From NCBI GenBank assembly GCA_951406725.2, contig OX597825.1, positions 38,068,001 to 38,132,000 of the forward strand: 64,000 bases of DNA, in the 5' to 3' direction. A model generated the notes under the pieces. That model was not told the origin of the DNA, ran no database searches, and saw only the letters and a list, made by a program, of their open reading frames with translations. Origin of the DNA: Octopus vulgaris (Eukaryota). This document shows, in pieces, positions 1-13,507 of this stretch. Position 1 is the stretch's first letter, and each line of letters opens with the position of its first letter. Made by a program: the position numbers and the translations under genes.

Positions 1-211
1 GCATACACTTGCAGCTTCTGTACGACATGCAGTACGACATGTCGTTTTCAAATTTCTGGCAGAGTGAACTGCGCTATGGTATTGTTTTTCTCACAGCTGG
101 TGCCCAACTGATCTTACCATACTATGTAGTAGACAAAATCAAAAACAAACAATACGTATATGCGAAATAAAGACTATAATCTGCCGACAATTTAACCAGC
201 GCATCCTTTAT

Positions 212-289
<78 letters not shown>

Positions 290-290
<1 letters not shown>

Positions 291-673
291 TAGCAGTATC
301 GCGTGGCGTTGCTCGGGTTTGTAAGGGAAATAACTATATAAGCATTTTTAGAGAGTTATAGCCAAAAGATAGCAAAAAATGCATTAAAAATGGAAAACAA
401 ATGATGGTAAATTTTTTTTTTAAATCGTTGACTCATCGTAGACATTTTTAGAGAGTTACCTCCCTTATATAATAGCGAAAAAATGCATTAAAATGGAAAA
501 AAATGATGGTAATCGTAGACTCATCGTAGACGCGCGCTAATACCCAGAATGGCTCGATATGAATCACGACTATAAGATACCCGGTTTTGGTTAAACTGCA
601 CCGCAAAATGTGGGAGTAGTTAGGAATCTAAATCGTAGGAGACAGACACACAACTTGACTTTTATATATATAA
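290..673 (-). mobile_element. Non-autonomous Helitron-like element
   Basis: The minus strand ends in a GC-rich imperfect hairpin followed by CTAG|T (acccgagcaacgccacgcgatactgctagt). The 5' end is a T(C)TATATATAAAAG-like terminus. There is an internal duplication (cattttagagagtta; aaaatgcattaaaatggaaaa..atgatggtaa). It sits in (TA)n. Confidence 0.65.
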
Positions 674-821
674 ATATATATTTGTGTATGTCGTAGCATT
701 TGTATTGTAACTGCAGCTCTCATGAACACGTATCTACTTACGTGAAGTCACTTGGACTGTCACGACTAATCTAGAAATAGAATATAAGCTCTTTAGCTAA
801 CGCAGTCATAGATATAAAGCT

Positions 822-1030
822 TTTCTGCTCAAGGCACAAGGTCCAAAATTTTGGGGAAGGGGGCAGTCGATTAGATCGACCAGTACGGAACTGGTACTTA
901 ATTTATCGACCCCGAAAGGGTGAAAGGTAAAGTCGACCTCGGCGGAATTTGAAATCAAAACGTAAAGACAGACGAAATACCGCTAAGCACTTCGCCCTGC
1001 GTGCTAACATTTCTGCCAAGCTCGCCGCCT
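822..1030 (-). mobile_element. tRNA-derived SINE, family A
   Basis: The reverse complement starts GGCGGCGAGCTTGGCAGAA (A-box) with a TTCAAATTCC B-box-like motif, then the central cctttcggggtcgataaattaagtaccag domain. It aligns with the copy at 54365. Confidence 0.85.
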
Positions 1031-2182
1031 TGTAGCCGTAGATATAAGTGACGCCATGTTGGTCATGACATGATCGCTGTTTTCGAATTGGATATTACTC
1101 ACGTTCTACATATCAAATTTAACACTAGAATTGAATTTGTTCTGCTATTGCTCACCTTTCGAAACTGACCAATAAACAAAGAATAATGGGACTTTGTCAA
1201 TGTTTTTATTACCAACAATCTTTTAGCTTACACATTCAATTCGCTGTTGTTTTAATATATGACTGTAACTCTATTTCATATACACAAGGGTGCTGAAATG
1301 CTTTCCATCTCGTGGAAAACTTTTCCCTTTTGTATAACATTCAATTCTAATGAAATTTGTTGCGTAATACATTTCTATCATTAATTGTTCAATGTGTAGA
1401 TCTATTGAAGATTGCTTCGAAACTAATAGTAACTTCACATTTGACGGTGTTTTGGCGAAATTGCTACAAGGTTCGAAACATATATTTGCAGTTTTTAAAC
1501 ATACAATATTTATTACCGCCATCTGTACATCCTGTAATCTATACACGAAATACCAGTCGAGTACTTCGGTTAATTCAATCAAATACAATCTACGACTACT
1601 TGTTTGGAAAGGTGCCAATATTAAAAATCTATACTTTTGCCACTTAGGAAATAAAATACGTTCATTAATGATACATCTTATGAACGATATTTTGTTTTGC
1701 ACATACATTTCTGCTGCCTGTGTGGCGATTAAATAGTTGATATATAAAATATAGGTTATATTATATTCGGAGTTGCACTTCAATGACAAGCGACAAGATC
1801 TGAGAACGTACGTTAAAACTATAACAATTGCTTCGTTGAGGAGGCATTGTAGCCTTACAATATTTGTTTTATATCATGATAGAAGAGATAGGAGGACGTG
1901 CCAAATAACTTATAGTAGAGCTACGGCCTGGTCATTGACTTAATTCCACTGTGTACGGTATTTAATGAATAAAAAAAAACTAAAAACAACTGAATCATAA
2001 CAACCACCGTAACAATCGATTCGTCTGCTTATCTGTGTATCTGATACTCAACTTCTTTGGCATTCTGCATTTCGCACAATCGAAATGGGCGCATTTATAC
2101 ACATAGAAACATATATTTTCATACGTATGAATGATTGTATGATTGTATGTATGTGTGTATATATATGCATATATGAACATAT

Positions 2183-2220
<38 letters not shown>

Positions 2221-2475
2221 GCGCACACATACACACATATATATATATATATAAGGAACAAAACGTAACGGACGGCAATGAAAACATGCGGACAGATGGA
2301 CGATGCAAGGACGGTCAGAAAAATAAGGATAAAACATTCGTGGCTTTCTATTCATCAGTCTCCTCGCTCGGCGGCTGCTGTTTAAACCATCAAACTTCAG
2401 AACCAACGTTACTCTGCACCCATAAAAACTATTTCTCTATTACTACCTACCGAGTCTTCATAACGGAAGACAGAG

Positions 2476-2525
<50 letters not shown>

Positions 2526-2617
2526 AATGTCATACCTATGAAAATACTGTCGAAATACAAAACATTTTATTTAATTTTTGCTTCAATTTCTTGTTTTTCC
2601 TTGCTTTACTCTTAGTA

Positions 2618-2697
<80 letters not shown>

Positions 2698-2767
2698 CGC
2701 TCCACGATGGCCACAGTTATACAACCGAAACTATTAATATATACATACCTATATGGATATGTATATA

Positions 2768-2800
2768 GGCGCAGGAGAGTGTGGTAAGTAGCTTGCTTAC
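2768..2800 (+). mobile_element. SINE family B (CORE-like), 5' head of a split copy
   Basis: ggcgcaggagagtgtggtaagtagcttgcttac matches the head of the copy at 22116. The element resumes at 4681. Confidence 0.75.
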
Positions 2801-4680
2801 TTCATTGAAGAGTTCGCGTTTTTTTTACGCTCTGAAGTCATATCGTTCTGCGTTGTGAATAATTGAAAAATTGAAGCACGACTCCAGGCAAGGCGTTTGT
2901 TTTTTGGTGGGGAGCTTAGTGGAGTCCGTTGTTTTGTAATTAATAATTTTTGACGAGCAAGGTTCTCCACTGGGTTCCAGACATTTGCCTGACTGTGGCC
3001 ATGCAAAAAGACTCACTTAATAATGAGAATTGTGTTTTTTGAGAAGGCGTATCCCCTCCGAAAATTGTGAAAATTGTGTTCTATGACTGTGTTTGTGCCC
3101 TTGACAAGGAGGATTTACCATTTAAGCAAGGAGTACGGAGACGCCGAGAACTTGGAATTTTTGTGCTGCAACAGAGAACTAGTATTTGTGGATTACCTGA
3201 GTTGCTGAATTGTGTTGCCAGTTGAACTGTCTTCTTTCGTTCTTTCTTTTCTTTTCTGTCTTTCTGTTCTTTATTTGTGCTTTTATTTCATTGATTATAT
3301 TCAAACATTTTTGGACATGTTGTTTTTGAACAATTTATTTTATTTGATTTTTTAAAATAGTAACAAAGAATACCGCTTTGGAGGGGAATATTGTGGCCCT
3401 CAAAGAATGGTTAAAAATAATACTGAGAGAGCGGTGGTGTAAAGGACCTACACTCAGGTCCTTGACACTATCACTGTCTTCTCTCAGACAGACACAGAGA
3501 AGGAGTTAGCAGATTATCTGCCAAATATTAGATTCATCCAAAGGGGTGTGAAGTACACAACCGTGTGTGTGCTGTTCGACACCCCTGCGGAAGCTCGTGA
3601 TTTTGCGAGAAAACCACTAGAAGGGGAGAAAATATTGTTTCTCCCCACTTATGAAGGGAGGAGACTGGCAAGAGCTTGGGTGTGTGAGCTGCCAACCGGT
3701 ATAGAGCCCGAATGGATAGATGACACTATCCATTGGGGTCTGGATGGCAGCACTGTCAAGCTTTTGAATGTCAAAATCCAGTCTGCGGCTGATTGGGTGG
3801 GTTCGAAATCAATTTTGACCCCATGGACCCAATCAGCCAAAGGTCTGTTTTTTTCCAGATTTCCTGAAGAAGGCCGATTCCACAAAGAGGAGAACTACCC
3901 CAGGAACCAAGCAAGGGTACTGGAGCAGTTAATAGAAACGATCTCCCTGTACCTCCAAGAGAAGCTCCTGATTCTGTAACGGAGGGAGAGGAAGAGAAAG
4001 TCGAGGAGGAGGTAACCTCCTCGATAACGGGAGGGAAGGAAGGACTTCCGAACATGACAGAGGAACTCCATCCTCCCGTCGGGAATTCCCAGTGGTTGCT
4101 GGTGCAATGAAGGCACGTCCCGAAACCCCTTCGGTAGGACGTGTGCCACCGGAAGGGGGAAGAAGAAGAACCCACCCACTGGAAATGTTGAAGAATATGT
4201 GATCTTCTATCGCAGGAGAGGGGCTATAGAAAATTTTATAGAAAGTTCCTTTAATAGTCGGGTTAATAGTCGGGACCTGATAGGCCCATATAATGGAAGA
4301 AATAAACTTCCATTACATAATGGACTCCTTCTCAAAGGAAGAGTATAGCTCTTGTTTATGGGACCCCAACGTGCGAATGCTGGAATCCCTGCAAGAGGCA
4401 AGAAAGTTGATTGGGGACTCATTTGTGTAAGAGGACTACCACCTTATTAAATTGTTTTTATTTGTAATGGACTTTTATAAAATTGCAAGAGGGTTAATAA
4501 TTCATTCAGTTTTTTTTTTAAAAGTGTTTTAGAGAAGCAGAAGTCGGCGGGCGCTTTTCGTCTTCTCCCATCCTTATCATCCTTGTATCATTATCATTCA
4601 TCTCATTAAAGTCTGTGTCCAACCCGCAAGCTACCTTACTCTATGTACTGCCTTTATGGCAAATTTAATATGAAAAGTAG
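2801..4680 (+). mobile_element. ~1.9 kb insertion inside a SINE; probable non-autonomous L1/Tx1-like retroelement with a degenerate ORF1
   Basis: It splits a family B SINE. A reading frame runs from ATG 3407 with one stop (MVKNNTERAVV*RTYTQ...TVCVLFDTPAEARDFARKPL...LFLPTYEGRRLARAWVCELPTGI) and resembles RRM-type LINE ORF1. No RT is visible. The family assignment is an inference. Confidence 0.5.
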
Positions 4681-4800
4681 CATGGTTTGGGGTTCAGTCC
4701 CACTGCGTGGCACCTTGGGCAAATGTTTCTACTAGAGCATTCTACTTAAGCCTTGTGAGTGGATTGCATTGACGGAAACTGAAAAAAGCCCGTCGTATAT
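4681..4800 (+). mobile_element. SINE family B, continuation of the split copy
   Basis: catggtttggggttcagtcccactgcgtggcaccttgggcaa...aagccttgtgagtggatt...gacggaaactgaaaaaagcccgtcgtata; it holds the B-box and the CORE-like ccttgggcaa. Confidence 0.85.
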
Positions 4801-4937
4801 ATATATATATATATATATAGATATATATATATACTCATTATCTTTTATTAAACTTTTAATACTTTTGATATATATTTAAAATAATATAAATTAATTAATT
4901 TTATGTATTGGCTTATGTTTTTCATTGTTTGATTTGC

Positions 4938-5010
4938 CTAAAGTTACTTGGACGGAAACAGAAGAAGATCGGTTGTCAAGCGATGGTGGAGGGACAAACA
5001 GAAACTCACA
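4938..5010 (-). mobile_element. SINE family B, 3'-half fragment
   Basis: ctaaagttac...tcggttgtcaagcgatggtggagggacaaaca matches the reverse complement of about 22320-22385. Confidence 0.7.
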
Positions 5011-5103
5011 CATGTACACACACAACTCTCTCTCTCTCTCACATACACATATATAATATATAATATACATACATACATACATATATATATACATATACAC
5101 ACA

Positions 5104-5223
<120 letters not shown>

Positions 5224-6168
5224 AATACATTGAACTATTTTCCGTTCACGTTTCTGGGACAATTTGACCTAACGTATTATTGAAAGAAAATATCCCAGTG
5301 GTTCATTCCTCATTATCGAAGAACCTGATCTTCTATACATACGGGAGGCATCGTATATTATGAATAACTGAGATCCTTAGCTTCGATTGTCATGAAAGAA
5401 ATGTAACCTTTCGACATTGTATTATTATATTCTGTTCCTTGGACGATTGCCAAGTCGTTAGTGAATGCAAATATATATTTCTAAATAATTTTCAGAAAGA
5501 TGAGTTTTGAGAAATCAGTCTAGTATGTAACGTGGGCAGTACCAGAAGGCAAATGAAACAATGCCTGACAAAACATTTTATATTAGACAGCAGGATAAAG
5601 ATCTGAGTAGAAATATATTTTATATTTTGCTTCAGTTGCAGGGGTCACTTTGGCACAAATGGATTTAAGATGTTGCTGAAAATGTTCCGATTCTAGGTGC
5701 ATTGAGTTAGAATCATGATTATCTGTGGTTTTCTGCATTCCGATGTGGAATGTTCATTCTCTCTCTCTCTCTCCTTCTCTCTCACCTTCTCTTCTTGGTT
5801 ACAGTGAAGAAGATGGCTGCGAATAAACCAACTCATGGTAAAAAATGAAACTGATATTGTATTTATTCGGGATGGAATAGAAAGTCATCAGAGGTACTAT
5901 GTCGGACAGTATTGCATGAAGTGTAATTTCCACTGCACTGCTATTCAAAAATCAACAAAGCCCTTATCTCTACTTATTCTCATTAAGCTCCCTCCAGTAA
6001 AGTCGATGAACTTCAAGAATCTTAGATGCAATTTTGCCCATATTATCTAAGCATAATTTTCCTTGTAATAGAGAATATGCAATAATCTGCCATAATAGAA
6101 CAACTAGAATATTAATACGTAATTCGTAGTCAACTTCATACGTAGCGTGGTGATAACGACATAAAAAG

Positions 6169-6178
6169 GATGATGATA

Positions 6179-6261
<83 letters not shown>

Positions 6262-6720
6262 GATGATGATGACGACGACGACGACGACGACGATGATGAT
6301 GATGAAGATATTGAAGGTAAAGTTGTGAATATATTTTTGGCGACTACCATCATACTGAAAATGATGATGTAGTAGAGAAGTAGTGTTTAATAGCTAAATT
6401 GATGATGGTGATGAAAATCACAATGATAATGCTGTGGATGCTGCTGTTCATTACGCTGATGCTTATTCCAATGGTTTTAATGATATTGTAAGTGAATCTC
6501 CTGCTGCTAGTGTTGATGTACTTTGCTTCACAAGTGAACATAATATGAACGGCAATATGTAATGAAGATATTGAAGATGATAGCTCTCTGAAAATGATGA
6601 TGATAATGGTAACCAAGAGGAAGGGGAAGATTATTGATAGCGCTGATGATGAAACTTTTGATGAAAATTGAGATGATGCTATTGGTGACACTTATGAAGT
6701 ACATGATGATATTATGCTCA
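6169..6720. repeat. (GAT)n microsatellite decaying into GAT-rich low complexity
   Basis: A pure (GAT)/(GAC) run at about 6169-6305 is followed by a degenerate triplet tract. Confidence 0.9.
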
Positions 6721-8467
6721 GATTCAAAAGTGAGACACACATACCATTGAACATTTAATTATACATTTTCAATGCATTACTATAGCCATTTTAAATCAAC
6801 TTATAATGTAAGATCGATAATCCATTTACCTAGTGAAAGTACCGAAATGTATATCCAAAACAAAAAAGTAAGTGTTTAGGATGGGGAAAATTTCTGAAGT
6901 TTAATGTAAGAAATTGAAAACTTGAATCATTTTTATGAGGTTTAGTGAAATGAGTAGATTTAAAATTTCTGAAGACAGTGTGTGAATATATTGTTGCATT
7001 AAAAACATAATAAATATTTGGGACTGTGCGCATTTTTATCTTTACGTTAGACGTTCGTTAAACATCAAAGGAAAAAAAAATGCTTTAATGATAATTATTT
7101 TTTATTGAGGAAATGTTTTGATTTTATTATTGTAAATTACCGATAAGACCACGAAAGCATTCTCCATCACCATAAATGAACGTGTCTGTTTACGTGTGCG
7201 TGTGTGTATGTATGTGCGTGTGTGTGCACGGGCATATATGTGAGTGTGCATTTGTATTTACACACATACATATATACGCACATTGATATACATATGATGA
7301 TAGTGTGTGCATATTGAAGAAAAAAATAAAGAAACAGTAGAATAATAATTTAGCAATGTCAGTTAATGACTTTCTATGATTTAATTCGGCCTTCAACAAC
7401 GAAATTAAAAGAGGAAGGGAAATCCCTCAAATCCAACATTGAAATAATCGATAATACTGAATGAATTTCAAAGAAAATAGAAAAATTGCAATTGATGTAC
7501 AGTTTTAAGTATGCCAAATTGAGTAATCTATCGGAAATAAATTCGTTTTGAAGATAACAGAGACGTTATCGCTATGAATGAAGTGAAAACGAAAAGTGCC
7601 AATACACGAATGAATAAAGGACAAAATATTGCCATGTCAAAAGTCCATAATGAGGGCTAGTTATGAAATCATTCATAAATAGAACTACGAGCATTTCGGT
7701 GATGCCGTATCTATTTACATGCGCACACTTATCAATGTGTCTGTCTCTCTATACATATATGTACGTGTGTGTGTGTGTGTGTGTGTGTGTCTATACAGAG
7801 ATATATATCCATATACACATGTACATAGATACACACAATTTTGCTGCATGGCTTACATTTCTGCATGATAATGCTTGGTGAAGAGCAACTACAAAAAATA
7901 TTATCGAATCAGTCAGTCTCGAGATTCAGTAAATAACGTTACTGTAATTGTAATATGCACTTTATTCGTTAATTGTTTATTTGTGAAAAGATTCCATATA
8001 TAGTAATTTGAGAAGGCCATTAAATGTAGGCATTCAACGTAATCTCCGAGACCTGAGGCTTACATACGAAATATAGTGTTAAAGTAAATTTTCAAGGCGA
8101 AGCAGCGTAAAATAAGATACCTCGCATGCGAAACACTGCATTTGGATTTAAAATATCAGTCAGTGATATCGATGCAGAGACCATATGATTGCATCGAAGT
8201 TGTGTGTGTGTGTGTGTATGCACGCACATATAAAGATATACACATATAGGCAGTAAGTATTCCTAGACCCCCCAGGGTATGCGAATTGAACACTGTTGAC
8301 TTGCATGGAAAAAGTAGCGTCGTATCACGCCCTACATACACAAGCATATACGCACAAATCTGTACGTTATATACACAAACATATATGTATATTTATATAT
8401 ATATTTATTTACATATGTATATATGGATGTATGGATGCATACATATAGTTATGTACATACAAACATG

Positions 8468-8568
<101 letters not shown>

Positions 8569-8929
8569 CATATACACAAAAAAAGAATTTATATTTTTGC
8601 CAATTGCTGTAGGTTTTTTCTAAAGAATCTCTTATACGTTATGTAGTGCATTTCTATACTTTTCATATCTTACAATATATTGAAAATCTAAATGAATCAA
8701 TTGATAAAAGAATCTTTCTTTTCCATTAAAAATGGAGATGCCTCAGTCTATATGATTGTGTACATTTCCACACGTAATTGTAATGTGTGCATCCTTATGA
8801 GAAATCTAAGTTTCATGTTGAATAAATATTCTATTATTCTAATCTATTATCAGTTCCAGCTACAGGTTGTGACCACGATGGTGAAGCTCCATTAGAGCTA
8901 ATGGAATTTTATTTTATACTCACTCTCAG

Positions 8930-9400
8930 CACTGTTTCCGGAATTGGTCGTAGCGAAGTAGTGGTTTAGATGGAGATTTCCTTCTTTGTGTATGTTGCCG
9001 GTGAGTCGGGTTCATCTTGTTTACCAGATAAATATGTAACTATTTGTTCTTTGAACACATCCACAATTACACATCGTATATGTCTGAAGCCTTTTGAACG
9101 ATTACGGGCCTCTGCACCCTCAGGTGTTAGTGCATTGGAATTTTACTCTGAAAGGAGAAGCAGGAACTTAGTTATTATGTAATGGCGTCCAGTTCACTCA
9201 TTGCTATTGATATAATCCCAAATCTGGGTGTTCCAGATTCCAGAATTCGCTATATCACCGTATCTGTGTCGTACCTTCGTTTAAGGGCGTATACCTCAGT
9301 GAGTTTAGTTTGTCTTACACTGAGTAGATTGCACCGAGTCAATCTTTTTGGTGCAGTGGTGTTGGGTGACCTGGAGTATGACTGTTAATATGTCAATTGT
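8930..9400 (-). pseudogene. Highly decayed Penelope-like GIY-YIG fragment
   Basis: The minus strand gives TRCNLLSVRQTK (compare CxxC..YVGQT) and NALTPEG (compare TL.P.GLN) in broken frames. Confidence 0.3.
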
Positions 9401-9496
9401 GGCCAACGTAACTGATAGTAGGAATATGGTCACCTGAGGAAGAATATTCGTCACCATGAGATGAACATAATTCCTCTTGCTGTATTCTGAATAAAG

Positions 9497-9567
<71 letters not shown>

Positions 9568-9678
9568 AAGTATATATATATATATATATATATATTATAG
9601 CATATATCTATATATATGTATGTATAGCATATATCTATATATATATATGTATATATGTATATATATATGTGTGTGTGT

Positions 9679-9892
9679 GACCACGTGTATATCGCTGGCG
9701 ATTTTTTTCCTCCGTCTTCCCTTCCTTGGATCTTTCCTTTTCCTATGTTTCTGACGAAGAACTCCGCTCGAAACTCTAAATCCACCTTCTTTCTTTCCTT
9801 TCCTAATTGTCCAATAACACTATACTTGTTCCACGCCCTCGCGATGTTGTGTTTTCTATTTTTGTTTTCATTGTTTGGATTAACTTTATATA
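9679..9892 (+). mobile_element. Penelope-type solo pLTR with a degenerate minimal hammerhead
   Basis: gtttCTGACGAagaactccgctcGAAAC at about 9747-9774. It is flanked by microsatellites, and homologues lie at 20985-21198 (-) and 30340-30556 (+). Confidence 0.7.
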
Positions 9893-9894
9893 TA

Positions 9895-10721
9895 TTAGAG
9901 GGAAAAGGACAACAAAATCCAAGCCAGGATGAATATCTCAAGTCATTTATAATAATTTAATTAGGATAAGTTTTAATTACGGCAGTTTCTGGGATATCCC
10001 TCTTGATAGGCTAGCATATCCGTACACTGAATATTCCGTCATCAGATACAAGGTGAGTATGTATGAAAGTTCTAGACAAGCAGATTCACAGATTAAAAGA
10101 AAGAAAACAGAAGAATAAAGACTAAATATAGATAGAACACAAACAGGAGAATAAAGTACACAGTTAATCTTTTACCTCAACTTTACCAAGACCTTAATGC
10201 CTAACTTTTCACCCCGAGCCGACACTTACGAACAGTAATACTGGCATCTTATTTCTATAGTTATTCTTTTAACTTTTATTTTATATTATTTTATTTTTAT
10301 TTTTTTGATTTTGATACTTGAGTTTAATTTACTGTCGTATCATTAAAAATACAGCCAAAATACTACTTGGATTTACCTGAGATTCTACCTAAGGGACTAT
10401 ACCTTCACGGAGTACGGACCGACGTCCTTACTCTCTGGAAAAAGATGTATTGTGAACTTTATTCTCCGGTCTGTGTTCTGTCTACTTTTAATTTTAATAC
10501 CTCTATTTTATTCCTTGTAATCTGTGAATTTCCCCGTCTAAAACTTTCATAATCACCTTGTCTCTGATGACGGAATACCTAGTGTACGGACATTCTAGCC
10601 TATCACTTGGGATATCCCAGAAACAGCTGTAAAATTTCAAATTCAACTTACCCTAATTAAATTATTATAAATGACTTGAGATACATGTCCTGCATTAGAT
10701 TTTGCTGTTCTTTTCCTCTAA
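9895..10721. mobile_element. Inverted pair of Penelope-type pLTRs (~280 bp arms), each with a hammerhead core
   Basis: 9895-10173 aligns with the reverse complement of 10440-10721. The right arm has CTGATGA (10564) and GAAACAGCTGTA (10620-10631); the left arm has the same on the minus strand. Both ends lie in TA. Confidence 0.8.
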
Positions 10722-11402
10722 TATATATCTGCTAACACGGAAGACTAATACGGATCCCTAGCTCTTGCGTCAGCTGTGAACTCGGAACCTAACGGATGAC
10801 CTCTGATAGTAGTTACTCAGCGTCCCTATTTGGTGGTTAGTAATATATTTTTAATAATAACTGAAGATAATGCGATGAAAAATTAAACTGACATAAATTC
10901 TAACGAAAATATTAATGAATTGAGGAAAAAAATCAAATGTTTTGATATATATCTGTTTTCATATTTATTGAGACATATCTTGCAAGAAAAGTAGATGGAT
11001 AGAGAAATAGTGAGATGGAGAGAGAGATAGAGAGATATAGAAAGAGAAAGGGAGAGAGTGAGAGAGAGAGAAAGGGAGCGGAGAGGAAAAACTAACATGC
11101 AGGACTAGACCATCATGGAAAATATCACAAGAGGATAACATGATCATTATGCATTGGAACATGATTATTTTGCTCTTATGCAAGGGAGAGAACCTAATAC
11201 ATTGAACACTTAAGTGCTGAATACATACAAACATACAAACACATACATAGATACATACATACATAATGAACCCCAGCACACACACACACATACATACATA
11301 CGTATATATGCATATATACTACTACAAATATATACATGTATATACATATAGAATACATATATGTATATATACATATATAGTATACATTTATGCATATATA
11401 TG

Positions 11403-11678
11403 TCGAAACTTGACTCTGTCGGTTACGAATGATCAAGGGAGCCAAAAAGAAGTTCCCCTCCAGCGTACAAGTCTGTGCGGAAAGTCGCCTCACCGGTGAA
11501 CGTACAACCAGGGGTCGTTTTATGGAAGACCAGCAGTTCCCCATCCATATCAGTCGGTCGGTCTGAGTAGTAGTCGGCCCCGGGCCAACCAACGAACACA
11601 GCATGCAGCTCGCTCCGGGAATCGAACTCACAACCTCAAGATCGTAAGCTCGAGGCTCTTAGCATTGAGCTATATGCC
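11403..11678 (-). mobile_element. tRNA-derived SINE, family C
   Basis: The reverse complement begins ggcatatagctcaatgctaagagc...gttgtgagttcgattcccgg, with A- and B-boxes. It is embedded in TA microsatellite. Confidence 0.75.
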
Positions 11679-11744
11679 TTAAATTGCATACATACATATA
11701 TATATATATATACATACGCACACACGCACACACACATATAGATA

Positions 11745-11880
11745 GTCGCAGGAATGGGGGTGTGTTACTAACCACATGGTTTCGGGTCCAGGCCCATTGC
11801 GTGGCAACTTGGCCAAGTGTCTTCTACTATGGCCCCGGGCCAAAGCCTTGTGGGTGGATTTGGTAGATGGGTATTGAAAG

Positions 11881-11882
<2 letters not shown>
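11745..11882 (+). mobile_element. SINE family B, 5' half
   Basis: aaccacatggtttcgggtccaggcccattgcgtggcaacttggccaagtgtcttctactat...aaagccttgtgggtggatttggtaga. Confidence 0.8.
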
Positions 11883-11936
<54 letters not shown>

Positions 11937-12598
11937 CATATATGTATGTATGTATATATATATATATTATATGTACAGATATATACATATATACAAATAC
12001 ATATATATATATATATATATGATATGATACGTATGTGTATACACATATATGTATGTATGCATATCAGTATATGTTGATATAGCTATGATATATGGCAAGT
12101 AATGATATATGGCAAGTAAAACTACTATTTTTAATGGACTGATGTCTTTAGAGTTATTACAAATTATTATAACACGATACAGAAAAATTAGGCGGAGGTC
12201 AGTCGTTACACGTATTACAGTTTTACGTTACATTCTCAATGAATGGAAAGCCAAACGATGGCAATATTTTTGAAAAGGAAACTAGAAACCGAAAATGAAC
12301 AGAAATTTACATCACATGTGAAATAATTAATGAAAGCTACAAAAATTGGGAATTTGTTGCAAATATTATCGATAAACATTTAGCAATAAATACATTGGGG
12401 AATTGTGGAGCACCTTTTAAATTAAAAGCTTTCGTGGTTTCTATGAAAGCTATTCAAAGTTATTGGTTGGAGGTAACCATGTACATATGTATGTTTAGAT
12501 CAGAGCCACACGTACTTGAGGAGTGGAGAGAAGGAAGAAAACGGTTGGAGGGAGACCCAAACCCAATTAGTACCGGTGTAGCATTGTATGTATATATA

Positions 12599-12703
<105 letters not shown>

Positions 12704-12790
12704 AAGGGTGAAAAGGAACACACGAGTTGATATATATGAAAAAACAAGTAAAAAATAGAAAATGCTAAAATAATTTTATAGTGAACATTT

Positions 12791-12828
12791 CAGTACCGGT
12801 TTCGGTCATTTTGAGACCTTTTCAACTG
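12791..12828 (-). ncRNA. Minimal type I hammerhead ribozyme, U3-A8 core variant
   Basis: CAG-UUGAAAA-GGUC-ucaaaau-GACC-GAA-ACCGGU-A-CUG: 3 bp stem I, 4 bp stem II, palindromic stem III, GUA cleavage site. Confidence 0.8.
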
Positions 12829-13507
12829 TAACGATTAAATAATTAAATTTAGAAAAATTAGAAGAAAAGTTTTTTTAAAAGAATATTTCTATAGTAGTGT
12901 TCAGATTTAAGTGGCATTCTGCCTTTCTCTGACTCCCTTGTTTGCACTTGTGTGTTCGAGGTAGTTGTGAGTTCTTGGTAGGGTAGTAGAGGGAAGGCTG
13001 GTGAGGAAAGGGGGTGGGAGAATCTGGGAGTGCCCTGATGGTCGTATTTTGAATGGTCAGTGGCGGCTGGCAGTCTCAGTTCAATTCAGGATTGTTTATA
13101 GAATTAGTGTAGGTGTTATACTAAAAAACATTAGTGACAAACTTAAGGGGTAGGGGGTGGAGAAGAAGAAGAAGAAGAAGAAGAAGAAGAAGAAGAAGGA
13201 GAAGGAGAAGATGATGGTGATGGTGGTGATGATTATGACGACGATGATGATGATAACGATGATGATGAAGAAGAAGAAGAAGAAGAAGAAGAAGAAGAAG
13301 AAGAGAAGGAGAAGATGGTGGTGATGATGGTGGTGATGATGATGACGCCGATGATGATGATAACGATGATGATGAAGAAGAAGAAGAAGAAAAAAACAGA
13401 GAAGGGAGAATATGAATGGGTGTAAATATAGCTATGAAGGGGCTGATTAGTAATGGATTCTATGGAGTGTAGTATTTGTGTGTGTATATATATTTTTTTC
13501 TTTTATT

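Noticed and set aside
1271-1789. 172-aa ORF and overlapping ORFs
   Set aside because: No recognisable motif, AT-rich composition and no splice support; consistent with chance.
2243-2471. Minus-strand CUGAUGA in a block between microsatellites
   Set aside because: It may be a pLTR fragment, but I found no consistent GAAA, stem III or NUH partners.
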